This document shows, piece by piece, positions 8,801-18,700 of a DNA stretch of 47,842 nucleotides. The DNA is from a virus (lineage: Duplodnaviria > Heunggongvirae > Uroviricota > Caudoviricetes): the IMG/VR virus record IMGVR_UViG_3300028048_000051, positions 1 through 47,842 of that record; one strand, 5' to 3'. Position 1 is the first letter of the stretch. The number at the start of each line of letters is the position of its first letter. Made by a program: the position numbers and the translations under genes. The notes under the pieces were generated by a model. The model saw nothing but the letters and a program-made list of their open reading frames with translations. It searched no databases and was not told where the DNA came from.

Positions 8801-10474
8801 ATGGCCTTCTTTCAAAAATTCGGTGAAGTAAAATTCACGGATAAGTGGAAGGTCTCCGGCTCGGTTTATTCTCTTGCGAAAGTACAAGATGCGCTGGAGA
8901 CCTCCGGGTTGACCCGTGTGCAGTTCACGGTGCCCAGAGGCATATCCACCCCCACCGGTCAAGGTATTTGGCCGGTGGTGGACATTGCGCTTGTACCCAC
9001 CTTTGCCACCTACTACTCACTGGACTCGCAGGACGACGCGGAGTCGGCAGCCAAGTTTCAGTACTACAACCCGAATACCGACGAGTGGATAACCATGACG
9101 TCCTCCGGTATGCCGGACGATGATGGGGCCGCAGGATGGATGATGGTTGCCGATGTCAGTTCTCTGGTGGCGGAGAGTTTGGTCGGACAGTCCTATCCGT
9201 GGCATATCCGGGTATACTGGAAGAGCTCCTCCGGGAATGACGTCACCGAACCGCTGGTGTTGATGTATCCGGTAACCCCGATCATCAACAACTCCTCTCC
9301 GGTGCTGCCAGCTGCTACCTCCACCAGTGCCGGTGTGGTCACCCTTGCCACCTCGGCACAGGTCTCATCCGGAATCAATACCTCATCCGTTATAACTCCC
9401 CATGCCTTGACCCACGCCATGGTGCCCTTCTCCAGCGGCATCAAAGCATCTACCATCAGCGGATTGGGTACCTCTGTCGAAATATTGGCACACAGTCGTG
9501 TCGCGTTAAAAGTCAGTAACATCGCCAGTAACGGCATAGAAATTGATACTAACGATTACATATCCGCATACGGCGGCGGTGCCACGCTGTCGATGTCCAG
9601 CTGTGAACTAAAGGCTAGTGCAGCATCGGCAGTTAATGTAGTCGCATCCGGAATGAGTGTGGTAATGTCCGGCGGATCCATAGTGGCAAGCGCCGGTTCC
9701 GGTGGAGGCGGTATCGCCATCACGTCACAGGGCGTGTTTTTGCGGGACGACGACATAGGTGCATCTGCCTCACTGATTGCCGGATATTTGTTCGTGAACG
9801 GACATCAAGTACTCACCGATGCCGACGCCTCGTCATTTGCCGCCAGGACCGATATTATTCCCATCGTTTCCAGCGGCGGCTATATCACTTCCAGCGGGGT
9901 GGGTACCATTGTCTCTTCCTCCACTTCGGACTGCCTGCGTTCCGGAGCCAACATCGATACCTTTGCTCCTTCTAATGACGCATTTTTCAATATCGGTGCC
10001 GGTGATCCCACTGAGATGGGAACACAAGATTATGCCTATCTGCACATGTCCGGTGGTGTAATGGCAGGCGGACATGCCACTTTATCCGCTACCTACCGTG
10101 CGGTCGTCGAAGGACAAGGCGAATTATATCTATCCGGCGGCTCCGTGTACTTGAATGGGACACCGCTGGGGATGCTGACGATAGTAAACTCATCCGACAC
10201 CACTGTTTTTTTCGATTCAGCGTTGTCCGGTGGAACCGCACACGTGTTCACTCGGCCGATGACCGGGATATATATTATGGGCATCACGAGCTCAACAGCA
10301 GAAGATACTTTCATTTTTACCGCCGGTGCATCTCCGCATATAGATTTACCGGCTTCTGTCGGGCTGGTGGAGGGCGGTGTAGTGGAAAGCGGCATGGTCA
10401 ACTTGTCATCTGGTTCTTCCTATATCATGGCGATAACACAACTCAAAGCTGTCATCGTGGAGTATAATCAGTGA
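8801..10474 (+). CDS. Tail fibre/adaptor-like protein (cassette B, gene 1)
   Basis: PAATSTSAGVVTLAT..VITPHAL phage fibre repeat; C-terminal domain related to 2642-4228. Confidence 0.65.
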   Translation: MAFFQKFGEVKFTDKWKVSGSVYSLAKVQDALETSGLTRVQFTVPRGISTPTGQGIWPVVDIALVPTFATYYSLDSQDDAESAAKFQYYNPNTDEWITMTSSGMPDDDGAAGWMMVADVSSLVAESLVGQSYPWHIRVYWKSSSGNDVTEPLVLMYPVTPIINNSSPVLPAATSTSAGVVTLATSAQVSSGINTSSVITPHALTHAMVPFSSGIKASTISGLGTSVEILAHSRVALKVSNIASNGIEIDTNDYISAYGGGATLSMSSCELKASAASAVNVVASGMSVVMSGGSIVASAGSGGGGIAITSQGVFLRDDDIGASASLIAGYLFVNGHQVLTDADASSFAARTDIIPIVSSGGYITSSGVGTIVSSSTSDCLRSGANIDTFAPSNDAFFNIGAGDPTEMGTQDYAYLHMSGGVMAGGHATLSATYRAVVEGQGELYLSGGSVYLNGTPLGMLTIVNSSDTTVFFDSALSGGTAHVFTRPMTGIYIMGITSSTAEDTFIFTAGASPHIDLPASVGLVEGGVVESGMVNLSSGSSYIMAITQLKAVIVEYNQ

Positions 10475-13449
10475 GCGTTTTCACCAATCTCTGCTTGACC
10501 ATAAAAACCGGTGCACGCCCTGTGGATGGTTCCGCGGGCGTATTCATCAAATCCGCCACCACCGTGCTCTCCCGCGCTTGGACAATGCTTGGCGCCACCG
10601 TGTCCAGTGCCCAGTCCCAGTACGTTTACAGCGGTGGTTTAGCCACCGCTTGTGTTATATCTTCCGGCGGTTTTCAGGAGGTCCGCTCGGGAGGCGTGGC
10701 TTCGGATTGTCAATATTTTGCTCATTTTGCGGTAAGAAACGGAGGACTGATCTCCGGCGGTACTGCGGTACATAACAACGGTTCGATCGGCAGTGTGTAT
10801 GTCGGCGGCGTTCTTACGGATATAACGATTGGGGGTATTTCGTCATGGAACGCCGTATATGTTCACGGAGTTATTTCCAACACCACGTTTCTTACCGCGG
10901 GCGAACTGTGGCTGCGATCGGGCGGTACCGCGATGGACATCACCGTCGGCTCGTCAGGTGGTGCTTACGCATGGACCTACGGCGGTCTCATCATGACAGC
11001 GGATGGCGCCTACATATCCGGAGTCACTTTCAGCGGCGGCTATATGTCGGCGGTCGGCTCCCGTACCTTGGTGGAAGACCTGAAAATAGTCTATCCTAAA
11101 CTAGCTCCGAGTTTTTATTCCTCTGCTGTGTGCAGTGGTGCCGTGTTATATCCGACAAATGCGTATATGGGGCTGAACACCGGCGCTTCGGCATATGACG
11201 TAGTTATCTCCGGAGGGACCTTGGCACTCAATGCTTCTGATACTTACGCGAGCAATGTCCAAGCAGTCGGAAGCGGAGCACGTATTATGGGTACGGGTAC
11301 CTTTGAGAATGTGTTGTTGTCCAACACCCTGGCCTCAGGGATTACGTATGCATACATACAGCCGCTGGGTCGGGCTCATAGTATGCGTATTTTTGGGAGC
11401 GCGGCTTGTAGCATCTATTCCGGGGCGACTGGTACGGACATTTATCTTGAGGGCGGTCCGACAGCCGGGGTATCCCGCCCTTCCGTTGTGGTAAGCAACG
11501 GCGGGTATGTATCCGGTGTGTCGACCGGTCAAAATGCTGTGTTATACTTGCGCGGCAATACAGATAACGTGTACATAGAGTCGAATACCAGCGGATACGT
11601 CTCATCCGGGGTCGTTCTCAACGGTCTTGTAATGAGCGGCGGCACTGTTTGGGCGTATACCGGGGCAACTTTGTCCGGGGCGTCGATCTGCAGCGGCGCT
11701 ATTAACAGCAATATTCTTTCCTTGAGCGGCTGCAGCGCTGATCGAATTACCGCAGGGATGCGCGGATATATAACTCTACGTGCAGGAACCACCGCCACCA
11801 ACATAGATCTACAAGACTCGGCGTGGATTTATGTGTCCTCAGGTACAGCAACCAATATTACCGCCAGCGCGGGCTGTTCTGTTTATGCTTCGAGGGGCGG
11901 AGTGCTATCCGGCGTTACAGGTGTTAACGTAGCACGTATCGCTATAGCATCCGGTGGAATAGGCTATGATGTGCATATGCTGAGCGGCGGTGTGATAGCC
12001 ATGGATCCCACCGCGAGTGTTTACGGACTCTATCTATCCGATACGCAGAATGTTACGTTCAACTCCAACGTATACATCGAGAATCTCCAGCAGCTTTCGG
12101 TGTCCCAAGGGCAGGTTACCAACCGCGGGTCAATGGTGAGCGCAGTAATTAACAGATATTATTACAACTCCGGTTATTGTTCGGGGTTGACCATATCGGG
12201 AACTTCTGGTTTTACGGTGGTATATGCCACCGGAAGTGGTTATTTGGAAGACGCGGATCTGTGGAGACCGTGTACCGTGAGCGGCAGTGCGTCTAACGTG
12301 AGACTTTATAGTACTTATATTCATATTATGAGCGGCGGCAAGGCGGACAGCGTCACGGTATCGGGTGGCACGGGCCTCGTTTCGTCGGGCGGGACACTAA
12401 CTGCGGCGACCATTATGTCGGGTGGATCACTGGTCGTAGAATCCGGAGGTACTGCAATAAATGTCTCCAATCTATCTGGAACAGTTAACTGTACTGGAGC
12501 TTATCTTTCGGATGCTTATACCGAGGGGTTCGGGTATGTACACCTCTATTCTACGACGATCTGCAGCGGTATCAGTATAGGAGCTGGCGGTAGGCTCAAT
12601 GTATACTCAGGCTCAATAGTCAGTGATGTATACGGAGGCCAGAACGCGGCATTGAAAATTTCCTCTGGTGGTACTGCATATAACGTAAGTTGCGCAACCG
12701 ACGTACTTAGTTCCGGGTATTTGTCAGGCGCTAATGTGAACAATCTTTTTATATACATGGTATCTAATGGCGGTGTAATAGAAGATGTAGATATTCCGTA
12801 CGGCAGATTGAGAGTCCACGGTACTGCTGTCAATATTAGATTCAACCGCACAGAACTTACAGTTTATTCCGGAGGAGTCTTGTCAGGTGTAAGCGTGACC
12901 ACCAACATATCAGCTGGAGGGACGATGTTTGTCTCATCTGGAGGACTGGCTAAAGATGTGGTGGTAACTAACTATGGAGTGGTTTCCGGTTATACATCAG
13001 GGCGCATCAGTAACTGCATACTCAGCGGGGCCAGTGTTACAGGCTGGATGGGCTGGTGGGATGACGTTCAAGTGCTCGGCGGTAAGTTGTACGTCAGACA
13101 ACATCTGCACAATGCCTTGTTCAGTAGTGGAAACGGCTGTTATATCGCCGGGGACATTTCCGGGATAAGACTTGTCGCCGGTAACTTATTTGTTGAAACC
13201 AGCAATACCGATGCCTATGACCTTCATATAGAGAAAGGGTACTTGCAAGGACAAACATCTGCACGGTTACATGACGTAATCGTATCTGGCGGAACATTAA
13301 GGATTAACTCAACGGCATCGGCAAGCGGGGTGACAGTTAGTTCTGGCGGCAGCCTCATCGTCTCTTCCGGTGGCACCGCGCTTGCCGTGACATCCAACGC
13401 CGGAGCGGTCGTGAACGTTCTTGAGGGCGGTTACATAGAATACTTGTAG
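10471..13449 (+). CDS. Large AIDA-like beta-helical receptor-binding protein (cassette B, gene 2)
   Basis: Dozens of VSSGGxA repeats as in autotransporter passenger domains; no signal peptide or beta-barrel; paralogous ends with 4242-5708. Confidence 0.7.
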   Translation: MSVFTNLCLTIKTGARPVDGSAGVFIKSATTVLSRAWTMLGATVSSAQSQYVYSGGLATACVISSGGFQEVRSGGVASDCQYFAHFAVRNGGLISGGTAVHNNGSIGSVYVGGVLTDITIGGISSWNAVYVHGVISNTTFLTAGELWLRSGGTAMDITVGSSGGAYAWTYGGLIMTADGAYISGVTFSGGYMSAVGSRTLVEDLKIVYPKLAPSFYSSAVCSGAVLYPTNAYMGLNTGASAYDVVISGGTLALNASDTYASNVQAVGSGARIMGTGTFENVLLSNTLASGITYAYIQPLGRAHSMRIFGSAACSIYSGATGTDIYLEGGPTAGVSRPSVVVSNGGYVSGVSTGQNAVLYLRGNTDNVYIESNTSGYVSSGVVLNGLVMSGGTVWAYTGATLSGASICSGAINSNILSLSGCSADRITAGMRGYITLRAGTTATNIDLQDSAWIYVSSGTATNITASAGCSVYASRGGVLSGVTGVNVARIAIASGGIGYDVHMLSGGVIAMDPTASVYGLYLSDTQNVTFNSNVYIENLQQLSVSQGQVTNRGSMVSAVINRYYYNSGYCSGLTISGTSGFTVVYATGSGYLEDADLWRPCTVSGSASNVRLYSTYIHIMSGGKADSVTVSGGTGLVSSGGTLTAATIMSGGSLVVESGGTAINVSNLSGTVNCTGAYLSDAYTEGFGYVHLYSTTICSGISIGAGGRLNVYSGSIVSDVYGGQNAALKISSGGTAYNVSCATDVLSSGYLSGANVNNLFIYMVSNGGVIEDVDIPYGRLRVHGTAVNIRFNRTELTVYSGGVLSGVSVTTNISAGGTMFVSSGGLAKDVVVTNYGVVSGYTSGRISNCILSGASVTGWMGWWDDVQVLGGKLYVRQHLHNALFSSGNGCYIAGDISGIRLVAGNLFVETSNTDAYDLHIEKGYLQGQTSARLHDVIVSGGTLRINSTASASGVTVSSGGSLIVSSGGTALAVTSNAGAVVNVLEGGYIEYL

Positions 13450-13457
13450 GAGTTGAT

Positions 13458-14021
13458 ATGTGGTATCTTAATGGCAAACCGGTAGGCAATATGATCGTCC
13501 TAAACGATCGTCGTATCATTAATCCAACCGAAGAACAATACCTTGAGGCCGGGTGCGTATGGCATGATCTTGTTTCCCCGGAGCAACAGCAGGAAACAGC
13601 GGAAGAAGCGTCTATCCGTGCGCAGGAATTTGCCCAGGCTTGTGCGCAGTTCAAGCAGATATGTGCCCAGATACAGACCGCGGCAAATCTCCCCGGGTTC
13701 AAAGGTGGTTTTGATGAGATGGTGGAGTTTCAGCAGTCTCCCGTCTATTCAACCATCCCCGGATTGCAGTTGGCGATGGCGTGGAGTGCGGCAAACGAAC
13801 TGTGCAAATATACCGGATCCAAACTGGGATACGGACAACCCGAGTGGTGGTACCGATGCTGGGCCGAACCTCCTCAAGAACCTGTAGATGATACAGAAGT
13901 TGCAGAGGATACGGAGTGGCCGCCGGAAGAGGAGCCAGAGATACCTCCGGAAGAGGAGCCGGAACAACCGTCGGAAGAGGAACCGGAGATACCGCCCGAG
14001 AGTTCGGAAGAGACGACATAA
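13458..14021 (+). CDS. Putative tail-fibre chaperone-like protein (cassette B, gene 3)
   Basis: Paralog of 5725-6258; EEEPEIPP repeats at the C-terminus. Confidence 0.5.
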   Translation: MWYLNGKPVGNMIVLNDRRIINPTEEQYLEAGCVWHDLVSPEQQQETAEEASIRAQEFAQACAQFKQICAQIQTAANLPGFKGGFDEMVEFQQSPVYSTIPGLQLAMAWSAANELCKYTGSKLGYGQPEWWYRCWAEPPQEPVDDTEVAEDTEWPPEEEPEIPPEEEPEQPSEEEPEIPPESSEETT

Positions 14022-14041
14022 GTGCACATAGTACCTGCTAT

Positions 14042-14072
14042 AAGTCCGTGGGCAGATCCACGGACTTTTTTT
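14042..14072 (+). terminator. Intrinsic terminator
   Basis: AAGTCCGTGG / CCACGGACTT hairpin plus T run. Confidence 0.8.
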
Positions 14073-14153
14073 GTATCGTTATAAGCATGTCTTTTAGATT
14101 GACGCGCCAACTCTTATGGAAGCACTGATAATAAAATCCTCACGGGCACCCTG

Positions 14154-14468
14154 ATGAAAGATATACTCGGTAAAATAGTGGAACTGCTGCCGGTTGTCGG
14201 ACTGGCGGCATTCGGTGGATTTACAAGGACACTCTACGGCAAGGCCCGCGGAGAGCCGTATTCCTGGAAGATCGCCCTCCCGGAGATCGTCATCGCCATT
14301 TTCTCCGGACTGCTCATTCACTGGCTTACTCTGGAACTGGGTATGTCAGAAAATCTGAGAACAGCGGCCATCTCATTGGCCGGATACTCCGCCCGCAGTG
14401 TGATGGCCATTATGAACGCGGTGTTCATCACGTTCGTAAAGAAAAACGTGGGGGTGGACAAGAAATGA
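14154..14468 (+). CDS. Phage holin (LydA-like, three hydrophobic segments)
   Basis: 104 aa; AAFGGFTRTL..IAIFSGLLIHWL..AAISLAGYSA; basic C-terminus. Confidence 0.75.
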   Translation: MKDILGKIVELLPVVGLAAFGGFTRTLYGKARGEPYSWKIALPEIVIAIFSGLLIHWLTLELGMSENLRTAAISLAGYSARSVMAIMNAVFITFVKKNVGVDKK

Positions 14469-14806
14469 AGATCTGTCGTTGGCTGGTGGAGTGTTTTCTG
14501 ATGGTTCTCCTTATCGTCGGAGGTTGCTTTGAGCAGCCGCCTACTTCCGGGGTGCCTGCTGTCAATACAGTGGAAAGCATACTCAACGACACCGCCGACG
14601 ATCTGGAACTCGGTGCCAAGGTGCGCCAACTTGTGGAGAAGCAGGAGCTCGGTAAGCCATGCGTACACCAAAGGGCACTGCAGGTGGAGGCCATGAAGTC
14701 AACTTCCGCATATCCTCTCAATTCCATTATTTTCGGCATGACTTTCATCATCTGGGTGGCCATACTCCTTGATGTGATAGGAAGAACAAATGGTAAAAAA
14801 GCTTAA
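14465..14806 (+). CDS. Lipoprotein with C-terminal TM helix (u-spanin-like architecture)
   Basis: N-terminal hydrophobic signal ending VGG-C; C-terminal IIFGMTFIIWVAILL; overlaps the holin stop. Confidence 0.45.
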   Translation: MKICRWLVECFLMVLLIVGGCFEQPPTSGVPAVNTVESILNDTADDLELGAKVRQLVEKQELGKPCVHQRALQVEAMKSTSAYPLNSIIFGMTFIIWVAILLDVIGRTNGKKA

Positions 14807-14942
14807 GCAATGGTTTTGGTCGATAATGCTTCGGCTGATGTCCAACCGCAAGATCCGCACATGGGTTCTGTGCTTTGCGCTTCGTCATGTGTCGGCGCAG
14901 AAAATAGTGGGCGAACTGGGAATAGAAGATGAGAGCATATAG
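14790..14942 (+). CDS. Small basic amphipathic protein (50 aa, not in the ORF track)
   Basis: MVKKLKQWFWSIMLRLMSNRKIRTWVLCFALRHVSAQKIVGELGIEDESI; overlaps both neighbours. Confidence 0.5.
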   Translation: MVKKLKQWFWSIMLRLMSNRKIRTWVLCFALRHVSAQKIVGELGIEDESI

Positions 14943-15423
14943 AAATTTCCAACAAAAAAGAAGGCAGGATCTGCTATGCTCGATTCTACTTCTGCTGGCC
15001 ATAATCATTTGCGTGGTAATCTGTCTGGCGTTGTCAGGCTGCGGACATAACACCGGCGCTTTCATGCTGGGCACCGGAATAAACATCGGACTTGATCCGC
15101 AGTACGCCATTCCTCGTGTGAGCTATATCGACGGTTTCTGTGCAACTGATATATCTCGTGAGAATTCCGGATGGGAGTTCGAGATCGATGCCGACAACGG
15201 TCTCTCCATCGGCAAGGATGGCACCATAAAGGGCATCAAGCGTATGCGCAGACATATCGGCCCTCAGATGAACGGATACCTCACCAAGTTGATCAAGGAC
15301 GATCCTGAACTTGCCCGCAATTATGTGGAGGCCATGAAATACTACTGGCAGTACCGGACCATGCTTATGCGAGGCGACAGCACCGCCACCGGGCGTGTGG
15401 ATTCAGGAATATCCGGATACTGA
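14929..15423 (+). CDS. Lipoprotein
   Basis: Basic n-region, hydrophobic h-region, lipobox LSG-C. Confidence 0.65.
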   Translation: MRAYRNFQQKRRQDLLCSILLLLAIIICVVICLALSGCGHNTGAFMLGTGINIGLDPQYAIPRVSYIDGFCATDISRENSGWEFEIDADNGLSIGKDGTIKGIKRMRRHIGPQMNGYLTKLIKDDPELARNYVEAMKYYWQYRTMLMRGDSTATGRVDSGISGY

Positions 15424-15435
15424 TCCGATACTTGT

Positions 15436-15457
15436 TTTTGTACTCAAGGATAAAATC
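15436..15457 (+). repeat. Dispersed quasi-palindrome, copy 2
   Basis: TTTTGTACTCAAGGATAAAATC, 5 nt before the patatin ATG. Confidence 0.8.
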
Positions 15458-15462
15458 TTCAT

Positions 15463-16449
15463 ATGGCCAAGAAAATACTCCTCATCAACGGCGGCGGGCA
15501 GTTCGGACTGATCCCTGCCATTTTGCTGTCCTGGGTATATGACACCAACAAACAGGACTTCCGAGAGTGCATCGACTGTTTATCCGGCTCTTCGATCGGC
15601 GGCATCCTTACCGCTATGTACGCAGCCGGCAATGACCCGCAGACCATAGCCAACGCCTTTGCCCCAGCCTGCAGGAAGATCTTCAACAAGCGCTTCATCG
15701 CCAAGATCAACCCCCTCGCCTCTCCGCGATATGATGACGATCAATTGGAATCCTTCATCAAATCATATGTGAAGGACAAGACAGTGGGCGATATCCACAA
15801 GAAGTATCCCAAACTCGACGTCTTCTTTGCCGGCCTTGACGTTACCGATGACAGTTACAAGGTCTGGGACAACATCACCGGTAAAGACGATCGCGAGCGG
15901 CTGAGTGACATCTGCCGCATCACCTGCGCTGCACCTACATATTTCGATGCCGTAAATCGCGGAAATCACGCCATGGTGGATTGCGGGCTCATCGAAAATA
16001 CCATGCTGATGACCACCACCATCGGATACAAAAACCGGCGTAATGTGCCGTTCGAAGAGATGGACGTATTGTTGATAGGTTCCGGATATCTGATGGACAA
16101 GGAGCCGCTGGATTATAAGAAGTACAGCAGCATGAACCAGCTGGAGATGCTGTTCAATTTGATTATCCCGTACGTAACGCAGAGTAACGAGCTGGCCAGC
16201 ATCTACTGGGCGCGGGGACTGGGGCTGCGGAATTTCTATTATTTCAACCCGGTGGCCATTTATGGTGAGATGGACGATACGTCTTTATTGCCACGTGTCG
16301 GTGACGACGCCATGATGTGGGGCCTGCGCTTTATGGAAACGTGGAACAGCTTCCTGTCGGACGAGAAAAAGGATCCGGTGAAGGATGTGCGTGAATTGAT
16401 TGTGCTTCCGCCAGAAATCGGTGAAAAATATTACATAAAGGTGTGTTGA
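15463..16449 (+). CDS. Patatin-like phospholipase
   Basis: Gly-rich loop INGGGQFG, nucleophile GSSIG, TCAAPTYF, catalytic Asp in MVDCGL..N. Confidence 0.88.
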   Translation: MAKKILLINGGGQFGLIPAILLSWVYDTNKQDFRECIDCLSGSSIGGILTAMYAAGNDPQTIANAFAPACRKIFNKRFIAKINPLASPRYDDDQLESFIKSYVKDKTVGDIHKKYPKLDVFFAGLDVTDDSYKVWDNITGKDDRERLSDICRITCAAPTYFDAVNRGNHAMVDCGLIENTMLMTTTIGYKNRRNVPFEEMDVLLIGSGYLMDKEPLDYKKYSSMNQLEMLFNLIIPYVTQSNELASIYWARGLGLRNFYYFNPVAIYGEMDDTSLLPRVGDDAMMWGLRFMETWNSFLSDEKKDPVKDVRELIVLPPEIGEKYYIKVC

Positions 16450-16832
16450 TGATGATGACGTACAAAATGGGCAATATTCAGAGAATCGCAAAAGCTGCTC
16501 TCGAGAAGTATGCAGCTGCTCGGCCGAGTTATGGCTTGACTGTAGACAACAATCAGGAAAACTTCCAGACCGTGGATGGAAATGACGATTATTCTGTCGT
16601 AGCTGAAACAGAGAATAACCAGACTGTATTATACATCTATGACAGGAAAAACAATAAGATAAACGGTGCGTTAATGCTTCCCAGTATTGGTAATAAGCCG
16701 TACAATATCAAGGTAGAGCAAGCTGGGAATAAGTGGTCCATCGCTTTACCTGGTAACAGGATCGCTACTTTTGATACCAAAACCAATAAGGGTAATGTCT
16801 CCAAGGGTTTTTCTAACTGGATATTGACATAA
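16449..16832 (+). CDS. Hypothetical protein with K-x-A-type N-terminal leader
   Basis: MGNIQRIAKAALEKYAAA; start uncertain (16449 or 16467). Confidence 0.6.
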   Translation: MMMTYKMGNIQRIAKAALEKYAAARPSYGLTVDNNQENFQTVDGNDDYSVVAETENNQTVLYIYDRKNNKINGALMLPSIGNKPYNIKVEQAGNKWSIALPGNRIATFDTKTNKGNVSKGFSNWILT

Positions 16833-16880
16833 GTCATTATCGATTATCGGTACAGATACGTAACTGGGAAGATAAATACG

Positions 16881-18608
16881 TTGGATATTGTACGTATAGC
16901 GCAAGCAGCACAAACCAGAGTACTAAAGAGCGCCGAAGATAGCCCATATCATACAACGTGTATGCATAAGGTGGCTGACGCAGGCGTTGAAGATGCACTT
17001 AACTACTTAAATAGTAGCGGAAATGAAGACATCTCTCCATACGGAGTAGGGATTTCATTGAATGCCGCCGGCGTAAAGCCCGGTAACACAGGCGCTGCGG
17101 GTAAACAACAACCGAGCGTGGTTACCGCCAAAATATACGGGCCGGTCATGAATGCGTTGGCTCATATTACTGATTATGCTGGGCACGCTATAACCTTTCC
17201 ATATGATCTGGTTAGAGCTACTCCTGGACTGCACTTAGATCGATACTTGCCGTACGCTAGCAATCCTGGAGAAGCTGCTTTGCCGTACACCAGAGCGTTG
17301 TTATCTCATGGTTATGGAGAGCGCGTTGCATCTGATATAGATCAGGCCACTCAGGGTGGCATTGCTGGAGCCGCGTTAGCTACGGCCGTTCTACCCGTAG
17401 CACGCGTAGCCGGTGGTAAACTTATGCGTATGGGGAAACCAGTATTAGATAAGACCAGGACTACGATACGTAAAACACCACAATATACGCGTTTTGCGCA
17501 AAAAGCTCCCAGAGCGCTCGGCCAGCGCGGAGCAGCGGTTGTAGGAGATAAGGATTACGAGTTTTTTAAATATCTATATGGAGATAGGTATTATCCGCAG
17601 CTCACAGAACGCTTTACGCATATAAACGGTTCACCGGTAGATGTCTATTCTCTCGACCCCGCGAGACAGGCCATAGCGCAATATACGCCTATGCGTATAG
17701 GAAAGAATAGGATGCCTATATACGCTAAAGGTATACGCAAGGAACTGCGAGATGAGATAAGGGCCATGCGTGTTGATTCTAAGATCCCACAAAAAGGTTA
17801 TTATTTATCCAGTGATAGGCCAGTAATAGCACCTACAAGAGGGACTATACTTGGTTATTCCACCGTGGCAAATAACCCTGTAGGTGCTTACGTGGTACCG
17901 CACCCAGGGTCAGGCTCATTCTTAGTAGATCGCAATGGGCGGATACATACCGCTGACGGGTCTCCTTTAATCGTAGCCTCGCGGAAGAAAAACCCTTTGA
18001 TCAATGGTTTTCATGAACTGGGCGGGCATAATTTCGGCGGGGATGCTGTAGTAGACATGCTATGGAATAATAGCGAGTTTCCTGCCGACCTGAGTTACGG
18101 GCTAAGTAGACCTGGAGAGACTTTAGGTACTCGTGCGCAGTTAATAAAGGCAATGAATAAAGAAAATCCAAGGTCTCCAGTGCCGGTATCGATCACACAG
18201 ATTGAGGAGACCGCGAAAAATTTATCTGCAAAGCCTGGTTTTTTAAGGGTAAGCGATCAGGTAGGAAATATACCCGGAGATTTGGGTAAACTGCGACAAT
18301 CAGTACCGACACCAGCTTTTTCGCAATACACAGCAGATATAGGAGCAGATAAACTAGCGCGTCATGCCCGTGATAGAATTTATCGTCAGCGGGCGAATGG
18401 CCGTAAGTTCTGGAATATTGAGGGTGAGGCTGACGATGCTATGGAACGCGCATATGATCGATTCCATCGTTGGTGGAACCGACATAAGCCAGATATAGAT
18501 GCACTTTACGCTTATCAGCAAAAGCGGGACGCAGCTACCAAAAATACTGAAGTGCTGCACGACCTGGAAAAAATATTAGTAAAAGGCTGGAGTGGTATAA
18601 AACACTGA
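16881..18608 (+). CDS. Hypothetical 575-aa protein, possibly virion-internal; HELGGH zincin-like motif
   Basis: Long ORF; leader MDIVRIAQAAQTRVLKSA; hydrophobic GGIAGAALATAVL segment; AT-richer codon usage. Confidence 0.65.
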   Translation: MDIVRIAQAAQTRVLKSAEDSPYHTTCMHKVADAGVEDALNYLNSSGNEDISPYGVGISLNAAGVKPGNTGAAGKQQPSVVTAKIYGPVMNALAHITDYAGHAITFPYDLVRATPGLHLDRYLPYASNPGEAALPYTRALLSHGYGERVASDIDQATQGGIAGAALATAVLPVARVAGGKLMRMGKPVLDKTRTTIRKTPQYTRFAQKAPRALGQRGAAVVGDKDYEFFKYLYGDRYYPQLTERFTHINGSPVDVYSLDPARQAIAQYTPMRIGKNRMPIYAKGIRKELRDEIRAMRVDSKIPQKGYYLSSDRPVIAPTRGTILGYSTVANNPVGAYVVPHPGSGSFLVDRNGRIHTADGSPLIVASRKKNPLINGFHELGGHNFGGDAVVDMLWNNSEFPADLSYGLSRPGETLGTRAQLIKAMNKENPRSPVPVSITQIEETAKNLSAKPGFLRVSDQVGNIPGDLGKLRQSVPTPAFSQYTADIGADKLARHARDRIYRQRANGRKFWNIEGEADDAMERAYDRFHRWWNRHKPDIDALYAYQQKRDAATKNTEVLHDLEKILVKGWSGIKH

Positions 18609-18625
18609 CAGTCTGGATATAAACA

Positions 18626-18661
18626 AAAAGTCCCACGGATGAAATACTCCGTGGGACTTTT
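18626..18661 (+). terminator. Intrinsic (bidirectional-type) terminator
   Basis: AAAAGTCCCACGGA / TCCGTGGGACTTTT. Confidence 0.8.
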
Positions 18662-18700
18662 ACGTTTCTGCTACAGTGAATCCATTATTATAGGTGATAT

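Noticed and set aside
2642-14021. DGR or invertible (shufflon) tail-fibre switch
   Set aside because: No reverse transcriptase, no adenine-specific TR/VR pair noticed, and cassettes are in direct orientation
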